This document shows positions 19,748 through 28,232 of a stretch of DNA of 36,827 nucleotides, one piece after another (the first letter of the stretch is position 1; each line of letters begins with the position of its first letter). The stretch lies in IMG/VR virus record IMGVR_UViG_2663763339_000003; one strand, written 5' to 3'. Below the pieces are notes generated by a model, which saw nothing but the letters and a program-made list of their open reading frames with translations, did no database searches and was not told where the DNA came from. The position numbers were made by a program, and so were the translations under genes. This DNA comes from a virus. Its lineage: Duplodnaviria > Heunggongvirae > Uroviricota > Caudoviricetes.

Positions 19748-19750
19748 GGA

Positions 19751-20809
19751 TTACGCTCCGGTTTCTGCTGCGGCGGCGCTGAAGTCGCCAATCTGGATGT
19801 TTTCCACCAGTGCGGCGCAGCGGTAGTCCTCAACCACATAGGCTTCGTTAACGGATTCAAAGTTTTCAATCCGGTCACGTTTCGGGTTGTCGATAACTGA
19901 ACGGCGGCGAGAGTCTTCCTGCCAGTAGATGGACAGGTTATCCAGACGGGTGATCAGCAGCGCATTCGGCGGGAAGAACGGCGCACGCACGGCCTGCAGG
20001 CCACCCATGCGTTTCTGGCTGATGATCATATCGGCAGCCAGTTTTTCACTGTTTTCCTGCTCTTTGTTGACCAGCGGGAAATACTTGTCAGATAGCAGCT
20101 CACGACCGCAAATCACCACCAGCTCGTCATCGTCCTGGTAGACCACGTCGATAAGCTCATTGACGGCATCCATCACCACGGCGTCCAGGTTGGCATATTC
20201 GCCACCTTTACCGACTTTCACCGCACCCGGTGTGGTTTCACCGCCCGTGGTGGTGCTGCCCATGACGTGATCCGGTGCATCTTCACGGATTTTCTGCAGC
20301 CAGCCTTTGTTCACATCCTGCAGCAGCGGGTTTTCGCTACGGTTGGAGGTTTTCGCACGCTTCACGCCGTTAAAGCCGATCATGATGCGGTCCAGTGCCT
20401 GACGTTTTACGATGGCGTCACGGATACGCACCTGGAAATCCTGAAACTTCGCCCATAGGTCCAGCTTCGCGTAGGTCAGCACCGTGTCAAAGTTAGTCTG
20501 CTCGCATTTATATTCCACATCGACCATCAGCGTCGGATCGACAGGCTCACGCTCTTTAGCTGTGGTATCAGTGGTTCCGGCAATGGTGCTGCCAACCCCC
20601 AGCCCCAGCAACTGACCAGACTGCTCAGTCACTGGCGTGACGTTAATCAGCGTCAGGAATGCGGCGGACTGCTGGATCTGATCTTCCAGCGTCTGCTGCA
20701 CAGACGGCTCTACAGTGAACTTGCTGGACAGTTCTTCAACGGCCACACCGTTCAGACGCGCCAGTTGCTGCAGGTAAGCGTTAAAAGCAAAGCGGGTATT
20801 CTTCTTCAT
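19751..20809 (-). CDS. N: major capsid protein N
   Basis: 352-aa ORF, P2 gpN size and position. Confidence 0.9.
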   Translation of the reverse strand: MKKNTRFAFNAYLQQLARLNGVAVEELSSKFTVEPSVQQTLEDQIQQSAAFLTLINVTPVTEQSGQLLGLGVGSTIAGTTDTTAKEREPVDPTLMVDVEYKCEQTNFDTVLTYAKLDLWAKFQDFQVRIRDAIVKRQALDRIMIGFNGVKRAKTSNRSENPLLQDVNKGWLQKIREDAPDHVMGSTTTGGETTPGAVKVGKGGEYANLDAVVMDAVNELIDVVYQDDDELVVICGRELLSDKYFPLVNKEQENSEKLAADMIISQKRMGGLQAVRAPFFPPNALLITRLDNLSIYWQEDSRRRSVIDNPKRDRIENFESVNEAYVVEDYRCAALVENIQIGDFSAAAAETGA

Positions 20810-20825
20810 CAGGTTTTGTGCTCCA

Positions 20826-21659
20826 TCAGCAATTGGTCAGAGTGTCAGCGGGGGCGTTACCGCCTGTTGCACGCTGGCGGTAGTCCTGGCGGCTGTCTTC
20901 ATGGCTCAGCTTGTCCACCAGTTCGTTAAAGGCGGTCTGCTGTGCCTGCAGGGCAGTCTCCAGCTCAGACAGGCGTTCTTCCTGCTCAGACAGGGATTTT
21001 TCGGTGCGCGCACTCAGGTTCTGCTGCTCAGTGGCGACCAGTTCCACGGCCTTATGCACATCAGAGAACCGGGCGTCATCGGACTGCTCTTTTTTGGTGA
21101 ACAGCGCCGTGACACGGGCAAACAGGGACGGTTTGTCATCCTGGATTTCTTCCAGTTCGATCACCGTTTCCTCTGCAGCGGTAAAAAGATTGGCGGGATT
21201 CTGCTTGCGGTTTGCCAGCGGGTTATGGGCTGCACTGGCGCTGAATGTCAGCATTTCAGTGCCCAGACTGGCAGGGTCATCAGTGGCAGCCAGGCCGACC
21301 AGGTAGGCTTTGCCCGTATCAGCGAACTTCGGGCTGACTTCCATAGAGGTGAATAATTTCTGGCCTTTTTTCACCAGTTCCACCAGGGACTCCGTTGGCT
21401 CAACGTCGGCATACAGCGCCATCTTGCCTGCCAGCGGACCTTCCGTGATTTCTTCAGCAAACAGCGCAGTCACCTTGCCGTAGCGGTTAAAGGTGCTGTC
21501 CGGCAGATAAGACTTGATGTGCTCAAGGTTAATCAGCGCGGTATACACCGCCGGGTTGTAGCTGGCTGCCATCTGTTCCAGCCATTCACGCTGGATTTCG
21601 CGTCCGTCGGTGGTGGCACCTTCCACCCCGATGCGAAAACGCTTTGCTTTCACTGTCAT
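20826..21659 (-). CDS. O: capsid scaffolding protein O
   Basis: 277-aa ORF with acidic coiled-coil C-terminal half, divergent from P. Confidence 0.85.
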   Translation of the reverse strand: MTVKAKRFRIGVEGATTDGREIQREWLEQMAASYNPAVYTALINLEHIKSYLPDSTFNRYGKVTALFAEEITEGPLAGKMALYADVEPTESLVELVKKGQKLFTSMEVSPKFADTGKAYLVGLAATDDPASLGTEMLTFSASAAHNPLANRKQNPANLFTAAEETVIELEEIQDDKPSLFARVTALFTKKEQSDDARFSDVHKAVELVATEQQNLSARTEKSLSEQEERLSELETALQAQQTAFNELVDKLSHEDSRQDYRQRATGGNAPADTLTNC

Positions 21660-21737
21660 GAGCCGTGCTCCGTTAGAAAAAACTTACTGGAGCCTTATGG
21701 TTGCGGTGATGGGGGCAGTGAAACAATGCGCGGTATT

Positions 21738-21755
21738 TGTACCGACAACCACACA
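21738..21755. promoter_or_regulatory. late-promoter activator site (TGT-N12-ACA) in the O/P divergent region
   Basis: TGTaccgacaaccacACA, ~55 nt upstream of the P ATG; flanking sequence resembles the FI site. Confidence 0.5.
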
Positions 21756-21801
21756 AACCGCAGGCGGGGAAAGTCGTCATTCAAGGCTGTAGGTTTGTGC
21801 C

Positions 21802-23568
21802 ATGAACACCACACTGACACCCGCAGATCTCGATCCCCGTCGGCAGGCCATGCTGCTGTACTTTCAGGGATACCGCGTCGCCCGCATTGCTGAAATGCTG
21901 GGCGAGAAAGTTGCAACCGTTCACAGCTGGAAAAAACGCGACAAGTGGGGTGACTATGGGCCGCTGGATCAGATGCAGCTCACCACCGCCGCACGCTACT
22001 GCCAGCTCATTATGAAGGAGCACAAAGAAGGGAAAGATTTCAAAGAAATTGACCTGCTGGCACGCCAGTCTGAGCGCCACGCGCGGATCGGCAAGTTTAA
22101 CAATGGCGGCAACGAAGCCGACTTAAACCCTAACGTTGCCAACCGCAACAAAGGCCCACGTCGTCAGCCGGAAAAGAATGTTTTCACCGATGAACAGATT
22201 GAGAAACTGGAAGAAATCTTCCATTCCTCCATGTTCAACTACCAGCGCCACTGGTGGGAAGCCGGAAAAACCAACCGCATCCGCAACCTGCTGAAGTCAC
22301 GCCAGATCGGCGCGACCTTTTACTTTGCCCGTGAAGCCCTGATTGACGCCCTGCTGACCGGGCGTAACCAGATTTTCCTTTCTGCCAGCAAGGCTCAGGC
22401 CCACGTCTTTAAACAGTACATCATCGACTTTGCCAAAGAAGTGGAGGTGGAGCTGAAAGGCGATCCGATGGTGCTTCCTAACGGGGCCACGCTTTACTTC
22501 CTCGGCACCAATGCCCGCACGGCCCAGAGTTACCACGGCAACCTGTATCTGGATGAATATTTCTGGATACCGAAATTCCAGGAGCTGCGCAAAGTGGCTT
22601 CCGGTATGGCTATTCACAAAAAATGGCGACAAACCTATTTTTCCACGCCATCCAGTCTGACACACAGTGCTTATCCGTTCTGGTCCGGTGCGCTGTTCAA
22701 CCGTGGGCGCAACAAAGCCGATAAGGTGGACATCGACCTGTCCCACAGCAATCTGGCCCCCGGCCTGCTGTGCGCAGACGGGCAATACCGCCAGATAGTC
22801 ACCGTGGAAGATGCGGTGCGCGGCGGCTGTAACCTGTTCGACCTCGACCAGCTACGCATGGAGTACAGCCCGGACGAATACCAGAACCTGCTGATGTGCG
22901 AGTTTGTGGACGATCTCGCGTCCGTGTTTCCGCTCAGCGAGCTGCAGGCGTGCATGGTGGACAGTTGGGAAGTCTGGACCGACTTTCATGCACTGGCGCT
23001 GCGCCCGTTTGGCTGGCGCGAAGTGTGGATCGGTTATGACCCGGCAAAAGGTACGCAAAACGGCGACAGCGCTGGATGCGTGGTGGTGGCACCGCCAGCC
23101 GTGCCGGGTGGTAAGTTCCGCATTCTTGAGCGTCACCAGTGGCGCGGGATGGACTTCCGCGCCCAGGCTGACGCCATCAAAAAACTTACCGAACAGTACA
23201 ACGTGACCTATATCGGTATCGACTCAACCGGCGTTGGTCACGGGGTTTACGAGAACGTGAAAGCGTTCTTTCCTGCCGTCCGGGAGTTTGTCTACAACCC
23301 CAACGTTAAAAACGCCCTGGTACTCAAGGCCTACGACATTATCAGCCACCGCCGTCTGGAGTTTGACGCCGGGCACACCGACATTGCGCAGTCATTCATG
23401 GCAATCCGTCGCGCAACCACCGCCAGTGGCAACCGCCCAACCTATGAAGCCAGCCGCAGCGAAGAAGCCAGCCACGCCGATCTGGCCTGGGCAACAATGC
23501 ACGCACTGTTTAACGAACCACTGCAGGGCGAGTCCGCCAATACCAGTAATATTGTGGAGATTTTTTGA
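21802..23568 (+). CDS. P: terminase ATPase (large) subunit P
   Basis: 588-aa ORF, P2 gpP size and position. Confidence 0.9.
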   Translation: MNTTLTPADLDPRRQAMLLYFQGYRVARIAEMLGEKVATVHSWKKRDKWGDYGPLDQMQLTTAARYCQLIMKEHKEGKDFKEIDLLARQSERHARIGKFNNGGNEADLNPNVANRNKGPRRQPEKNVFTDEQIEKLEEIFHSSMFNYQRHWWEAGKTNRIRNLLKSRQIGATFYFAREALIDALLTGRNQIFLSASKAQAHVFKQYIIDFAKEVEVELKGDPMVLPNGATLYFLGTNARTAQSYHGNLYLDEYFWIPKFQELRKVASGMAIHKKWRQTYFSTPSSLTHSAYPFWSGALFNRGRNKADKVDIDLSHSNLAPGLLCADGQYRQIVTVEDAVRGGCNLFDLDQLRMEYSPDEYQNLLMCEFVDDLASVFPLSELQACMVDSWEVWTDFHALALRPFGWREVWIGYDPAKGTQNGDSAGCVVVAPPAVPGGKFRILERHQWRGMDFRAQADAIKKLTEQYNVTYIGIDSTGVGHGVYENVKAFFPAVREFVYNPNVKNALVLKAYDIISHRRLEFDAGHTDIAQSFMAIRRATTASGNRPTYEASRSEEASHADLAWATMHALFNEPLQGESANTSNIVEIF

Positions 23569-24593
23569 TGGGAAAGAGTAAGAAGAACCGCGCTGCGTCG
23601 ACGAACCAGATCCAGCATAAAAGTCAAACTACAGCCGAAGCATTCAGCTTCGGTGATCCCGTTCCTGTTCTGGACCGCCGCGAACTACTGGACTATGTGG
23701 AATGCGTACAGACAGATCGCTGGTATGAGCCGCCAGTAAGCTTTGACGGACTGGCGCGCACCTTCCGCGCCGCCGTGCATCACAGTTCACCAATTGCGGT
23801 GAAATGCAACATTCTGACCAGTACCTACATCCCCCACCCGCTGCTCAGCCAGCAGGCTTTTTCACGTTTTGTGCAGGACTATCTGGTATTTGGTAACGCC
23901 TACCTGGAGAAACGCACGAACCGCTTCGGTGAAGTTATCGCCCTTGAGCCTGCTCTGGCAAAATACACCCGACGCGGGTTAGACCTGGATACCTACTGGT
24001 TTGTGCAATACGGTATGACAACCCAGCCGTATCAGTTCACGAAAGACAGCATTTTTCATCTGATGGAACCGGACATTAACCAGGAGATCTACGGCCTGCC
24101 CGGCTATCTTTCTGCCATTCCGTCCGCCCTGCTCAATGAGTCCGCCACGCTGTTCCGACGCAAATATTACATCAACGGCAGCCATGCAGGCTTCATCATG
24201 TATATGACCGATGCCGCGCAGAATCAGGAGGATGTGAACAATCTCCGCAACGCGATGAAAAGTGCCAAAGGTCCTGGTAACTTCCGCAACCTGTTTATGT
24301 ACTCGCCTAATGGCAAAAAAGACGGGCTTCAGATCATCCCGTTGTCAGAAGTCGCAGCGAAGGATGAATTTCTGAACATCAAGAACGTGAGCCGGGACGA
24401 TATGATGGCGGCGCATCGTGTACCGCCACAGATGATGGGGATTATGCCGAATAATGTTGGGGGATTTGGGGATGTGGAGAAATCGGCTAAAGTATTTGTG
24501 CGAAATGAGTTATTGCCGTTGCAAAAACGATTAATAGAAATTAACTCGTGGGTAAATATGGAAATTATAAAATATACCGCATACAAATTATAA
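23565..24593 (+). CDS. Q: portal protein Q
   Basis: 342-aa ORF with ATGA overlap to P; the last ~25 codons are encoded by AT-rich DNA. Confidence 0.85.
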   Translation: MMGKSKKNRAASTNQIQHKSQTTAEAFSFGDPVPVLDRRELLDYVECVQTDRWYEPPVSFDGLARTFRAAVHHSSPIAVKCNILTSTYIPHPLLSQQAFSRFVQDYLVFGNAYLEKRTNRFGEVIALEPALAKYTRRGLDLDTYWFVQYGMTTQPYQFTKDSIFHLMEPDINQEIYGLPGYLSAIPSALLNESATLFRRKYYINGSHAGFIMYMTDAAQNQEDVNNLRNAMKSAKGPGNFRNLFMYSPNGKKDGLQIIPLSEVAAKDEFLNIKNVSRDDMMAAHRVPPQMMGIMPNNVGGFGDVEKSAKVFVRNELLPLQKRLIEINSWVNMEIIKYTAYKL

Positions 24594-24600
24594 CATTCAA

Positions 24601-24625
24601 AAGGATTGGCATAACACCAATCCTT
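24601..24625. terminator. putative bidirectional terminator between convergent Q and the SIR2-like gene
   Basis: hairpin aaggattgg - cataaca - ccaatcctt; no strong T-run. Confidence 0.35.
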
Positions 24626-24641
24626 CCATCATATAGATACG

Positions 24642-25514
24642 CTACCAATTCATGCTTTCTTTTAATTCAGTTCGCGCATTTTCAACAAGTTGTACTAACT
24701 CTTTAAGACTATCAGTTAACACTTGATGACTACCTTTATTTGTTCTATATGTTAACATATTTACATTTAATGTTTTTTCAATAACAGGAACCATATCTCT
24801 ATGAATACTTTTATCAGCCATAACCATATAATGTGGTTTAACAGCATTGTGCTTGAAAAAAGCATCTTCCAGAAGAAGCCTTATATCGGGGTCATTAGCC
24901 CCACAACCTATAAATAGAAATGTATGCGTTAAACCCAAGGCATTAAGAATCTCGTAAAAATCTCTGTACTGTGATCTTGCCTTTGCATAATCACTTCTTG
25001 AAAAAATCAAGTTTGACGTATTATCAATTGTGCCGTGAATTTTCAGGATAACACGACCACTATCCTTTATTGCACTTGCAATATCACTATCAAAATAATT
25101 TTTGACACTTACCGTGCCTTCTGTTTCTTTACTAACATATGTTTCATATATTTTATCAAAATTAGGCGTTACAACAATCCTGCAATCTAATTTAAAAAGA
25201 AACTCATGTATATCTGCTTTAGCATAATGTGGATTCAAGAATGCATTTTTTGCAATTTCATCGAACCTCCCTTTAGGAAGCTTTGCCTTAATTAATTCAC
25301 AAGCAGTCAAATAATCTTCGTTTTTAATCAATCGTTTAATTTGTAGCGATGACCCAGAACTGAGTTCTGGTAAACATCCTTCAAGAAATTGTTTCCAACT
25401 TGGAGGCCGTGAATTACCTTTACCAACACTGTTCATTGAGACGCCTGCCCCCAGAAATAAAATACATTTCCGTCTCGCTAAATCGGAGACTAAGCTTTTA
25501 TCCCAATTAATCAT
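24642..25514 (-). CDS. SIR2-like (SIR2_2-type) NAD-binding protein, putative NADase effector
   Basis: 290 aa; N-terminal LFLGAGVS glycine-rich Rossmann motif, VVTPNFD (cf. TTNYD) and KIHGT motifs; ATGA overlap with the upstream ATPase gene. Confidence 0.7.
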   Translation of the reverse strand: MINWDKSLVSDLARRKCILFLGAGVSMNSVGKGNSRPPSWKQFLEGCLPELSSGSSLQIKRLIKNEDYLTACELIKAKLPKGRFDEIAKNAFLNPHYAKADIHEFLFKLDCRIVVTPNFDKIYETYVSKETEGTVSVKNYFDSDIASAIKDSGRVILKIHGTIDNTSNLIFSRSDYAKARSQYRDFYEILNALGLTHTFLFIGCGANDPDIRLLLEDAFFKHNAVKPHYMVMADKSIHRDMVPVIEKTLNVNMLTYRTNKGSHQVLTDSLKELVQLVENARTELKESMNW

Positions 25515-26518
25515 GACTCACTCGCAGCAACATTATCAAGGATACGGGAACAAATACTTTCAAAAAGCTTCTTAGCATCGTTTACTTTTGAAAAGTGCGA
25601 TCCTACTACCCCATCTTTATTTTTAAGATTAAAAATTGGAGCATTTGCTAATTGAGACAATGGAATTAAGCTATTCATATTCTCAATTTGCCCTAAATCA
25701 AAATTCATATCTTGTTTTTTTGCGTAATTATTGATTATTTCTGCTTTCATTGCCTTAGGAATTTTAAGTGCAATTTTTTCATACGCATTAACTTTTACTT
25801 TCTCTCCCCTTACTGTTTTCCCTTTATATTGTTGCATCGCATACCCAAGAAACTTCAGTCTGCACTGTAAAGATGAGCCATCGATGATAAAATCTTCACC
25901 TTCATTTTTAGTATAGTTTTTCAGGCCATCAGATACACCTTCCATCCAGGCCTTTAGCGAAAGGTTAATATTATTAAGAGCTAAAAGACTAAACATATCA
26001 ACAGACATTGGAATAATGAAATAGTCACATGATATTATTATTGCTCTATTCAATGCACCTAATGAAGGACCTACATCATATAAAATAAAATCATAGTCTT
26101 TATACATGGAGGACAGATGTGAAAAAACAAATGTTGTTTGTATACCTCGAGGTTTCCCTGCCACAGCGGGGTCCCAATCAGATGCTAAAAAATCCTCACT
26201 CAACGCTAACTTGGGATCCCCAGGAATCAAGTCAAAACCAAACCTATCAGTTTTTATTGGAACTACACGAGTAGTTGCATATCCTTTTGCCCTCCGAACT
26301 GGGGTTAAGAAATTTTCAATTGTATTTCTCTTATCAGAACCATAAAGTTCATCAAGTTTTTTCTCTCCCAAACAATAAGATGTTGTGTTGCACTGAGGAT
26401 CGGCGTCAATAACCAACACTTTTTTGTGCATCTCAAGACTAAGATAAGCACCAACATTACACAACAATGTAGTTTTGCCAACGCCACCTTTATTATTGAA
26501 AAAAACTATACTGTTCAT
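25511..26518 (-). CDS. ParA/MinD-family P-loop ATPase with C-terminal extension
   Basis: 335 aa; deviant Walker A NNKGGVGKTT at residues 8-17 and an Asp-rich Walker B-like region (VLVIDADPQ). Confidence 0.8.
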   Translation of the reverse strand: MNSIVFFNNKGGVGKTTLLCNVGAYLSLEMHKKVLVIDADPQCNTTSYCLGEKKLDELYGSDKRNTIENFLTPVRRAKGYATTRVVPIKTDRFGFDLIPGDPKLALSEDFLASDWDPAVAGKPRGIQTTFVFSHLSSMYKDYDFILYDVGPSLGALNRAIIISCDYFIIPMSVDMFSLLALNNINLSLKAWMEGVSDGLKNYTKNEGEDFIIDGSSLQCRLKFLGYAMQQYKGKTVRGEKVKVNAYEKIALKIPKAMKAEIINNYAKKQDMNFDLGQIENMNSLIPLSQLANAPIFNLKNKDGVVGSHFSKVNDAKKLFESICSRILDNVAASES

Positions 26519-26557
26519 CTATAACATTGCTCATTTTATCACTCAAATTTCCTGAGA

Positions 26558-26587
26558 TTTATACATAAGATTAATCGCAATGTCCAA
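26558..26587 (-). promoter_or_regulatory. candidate sigma70 promoter for the ParA-SIR2 operon
   Basis: minus-strand TTGGAC - 18 nt - TATAAA about 40-70 nt upstream of the ParA-like ATG. Confidence 0.3.
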
Positions 26588-26664
26588 TCAGCTTTAACAT
26601 TAATTAACACCTCTTTTAAGATTAAAATTTTGTTAAGAAATGCACTCTAGCCCCATGGCGCGCG

Positions 26665-26683
26665 CTCGTATCCCCGCCACGCC
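26665..26683 (-). other. cos-like site (cohesive end region)
   Basis: minus-strand GGCGTGGCGGGGA... resembles the start of P2/186 cohesive ends as I recall them; GC-rich island in AT-rich surroundings. Confidence 0.4.
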
Positions 26684-26723
26684 TGCCCGCTTTATGTAGT
26701 GGTTTTCATGCAGGTGCATGATC

Positions 26724-26755
26724 TACGCAAAAGCCCGCCAGAACTGGCGGGCCTT
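26724..26755 (-). terminator. rho-independent terminator downstream of the lipoprotein gene
   Basis: minus-strand hairpin gcccgccag-ttc-tggcgggc followed by TTTTG. Confidence 0.55.
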
Positions 26756-26856
26756 AACACAAAAGATCCTCAAACGATCATGCGATCTCATGCAGCATAG
26801 ACATGCGCGTTTATGCAGAATGTGCAAAATCGTAACATACTCAGTAAGCGTGAAAC

Positions 26857-27534
26857 CTAGAACGTGACAGCCTTGTCAAAGCCAGAAATAATTGTATAAG
26901 AAATAGACGAGTTATCAGCCTTGTTCACTTTGAACTTGGCACCTTTGTAAGCGATAACATCACTTCCCTTAGAATCTACAGAAAAATCTGTTGTAAATGC
27001 TGCACGAGCCATATCGTTTGCAAATTCACGATAGGTGAACTTCATTACACCGCCTGCATTTCCATTGTATTCGATAGTCTTAACCAATGAATTACTCACT
27101 CGACACAGCCCATCAGGAACACGTTTGATAGAAATTTCTGATGCAGTATAAGAAGTGCCATTTGGCGGTGATATCTCATTTTTTGCAGCATCGTAACTAA
27201 CATAATCAACATAGTTACCGATTTGCCCATAGAGATTTTTTAACGCAACAGCTTGAGGGTTATGATAATTGCGGTAAATTCCATTCCCCTCACTGCAATA
27301 TGTACCAGCAGCGATAGAAGACAATGCACCATTAGCCGCACCAAGTTCTAGTACGTCCGTTTTAAATCCAGTAGCAGATGTGATAATGGGATCGCCCATG
27401 TAGGCGGTAGCACTTTGCCCAATAGCTGGCTTCACCACTTCAATAGCAGTGATATTTCGGTTAGAAGCATGTGGCACGCAACCAGTTAGGATTACAGCAA
27501 GAGATATTGGTAACGCTACATTATTAATTTTCAT
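26857..27534 (-). CDS. lipoprotein of unknown function (cargo gene)
   Basis: start at MKINNVALPISLAVILTGC with lipobox LTGC (ORF track extends to 27588); AT-rich. Confidence 0.65.
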   Translation of the reverse strand: MKINNVALPISLAVILTGCVPHASNRNITAIEVVKPAIGQSATAYMGDPIITSATGFKTDVLELGAANGALSSIAAGTYCSEGNGIYRNYHNPQAVALKNLYGQIGNYVDYVSYDAAKNEISPPNGTSYTASEISIKRVPDGLCRVSNSLVKTIEYNGNAGGVMKFTYREFANDMARAAFTTDFSVDSKGSDVIAYKGAKFKVNKADNSSISYTIISGFDKAVTF

Positions 27535-27558
27535 TTTTAGCCTATTATTCTTTTCTTG

Positions 27559-27593
27559 ACAAAAAACAAGGCGATATCTGATTGACATCGCCT
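27559..27593 (-). terminator. rho-independent terminator downstream of the DinI-like gene
   Basis: minus-strand hairpin ggcgatgtcaatcagatatcgcc followed by TTGTTTTTTG. Confidence 0.5.
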
Positions 27594-27647
27594 CTCACTC
27601 ATATGTAACCCTTTTTGATTAGTAAAAACAAGCGTCTATTGACAAAA

Positions 27648-27881
27648 TCAATGCAGCCAGCTGTCGTCTTCCCACACCTTCTGCAAAATTTTCATCACTT
27701 GTTTTCTTTCTTCGTCCAGTTGCAGTCCGGTCAGTTCCACACCGTTAGAGCTACCTTTACGGATACGGATTACCGTTTTGGGATACAGGGGGCGCAGATT
27801 GCGGTAAAGCTCGGATTCAAGGGCGTCCAGGGTAGACTGGCTAATCTTCTGCTCTTTATCGATCATTATTTCAATGCGCAT
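27648..27881 (-). CDS. DinI-family protein
   Basis: MRIEIMIDKEQKISQSTLDALESEL...QKVWEDDSWLH resembles DinI; start taken at the internal Met (ORF track extends to 27953). Confidence 0.7.
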   Translation of the reverse strand: MRIEIMIDKEQKISQSTLDALESELYRNLRPLYPKTVIRIRKGSSNGVELTGLQLDEERKQVMKILQKVWEDDSWLH

Positions 27882-27891
27882 AAAAGTCACC

Positions 27892-28080
27892 TCAACTGAT
27901 GACATCCATTGAGCGGTTGTATTCGTGGGTTCTGATTTTTGCCATGAGTTCATCAGTCAATTCAGAAACCCACTGCAGAGCCAGCCCCTTCTCTTCATCA
28001 CTACACTCACTAGCCGCTACAAGCTTAAGAAAAAAATCAATGCGCTGGAGCTTCAAAGACTCCAAAAAATAGTCCTGCAT
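27892..28080 (-). CDS. small hypothetical protein, first gene of the LexA-box transcript (possible Tum-like antirepressor)
   Basis: GGAGG ribosome-binding site 5 nt upstream of ATG at 28080; LexA box just upstream. Confidence 0.45.
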   Translation of the reverse strand: MQDYFLESLKLQRIDFFLKLVAASECSDEEKGLALQWVSELTDELMAKIRTHEYNRSMDVIS

Positions 28081-28119
28081 CTTTCCTCCTATGACACCAA
28101 AGCAATACTGTATATACAA

Positions 28120-28139
28120 CCACTGTTTATATTTACAGT
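28120..28139 (-). promoter_or_regulatory. LexA (SOS) box overlapping a candidate promoter
   Basis: CTGT-N8-ACAG: minus strand TACTGTAAATATAAACAGTG; preceded by TTTACA -35-like hexamer. Confidence 0.6.
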
Positions 28140-28232
28140 ATATAATAATCTTACTGATGTAAAACGTTTTTTTACGTTCATCGGCCTGATATGCCTGGTA
28201 TTATTAAGAGCACGAATTGTTAACCCGCGTAA

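Noticed and set aside
24642-26518. ParA-SIR2 pair as a Thoeris system or a plasmid partition module
   Set aside because: No TIR-domain (ThsB-like) partner and no recognisable SLOG-type domain for Thoeris; no ParB gene or iterated centromere-like repeats for partition, and the SIR2 partner is atypical for ParA.
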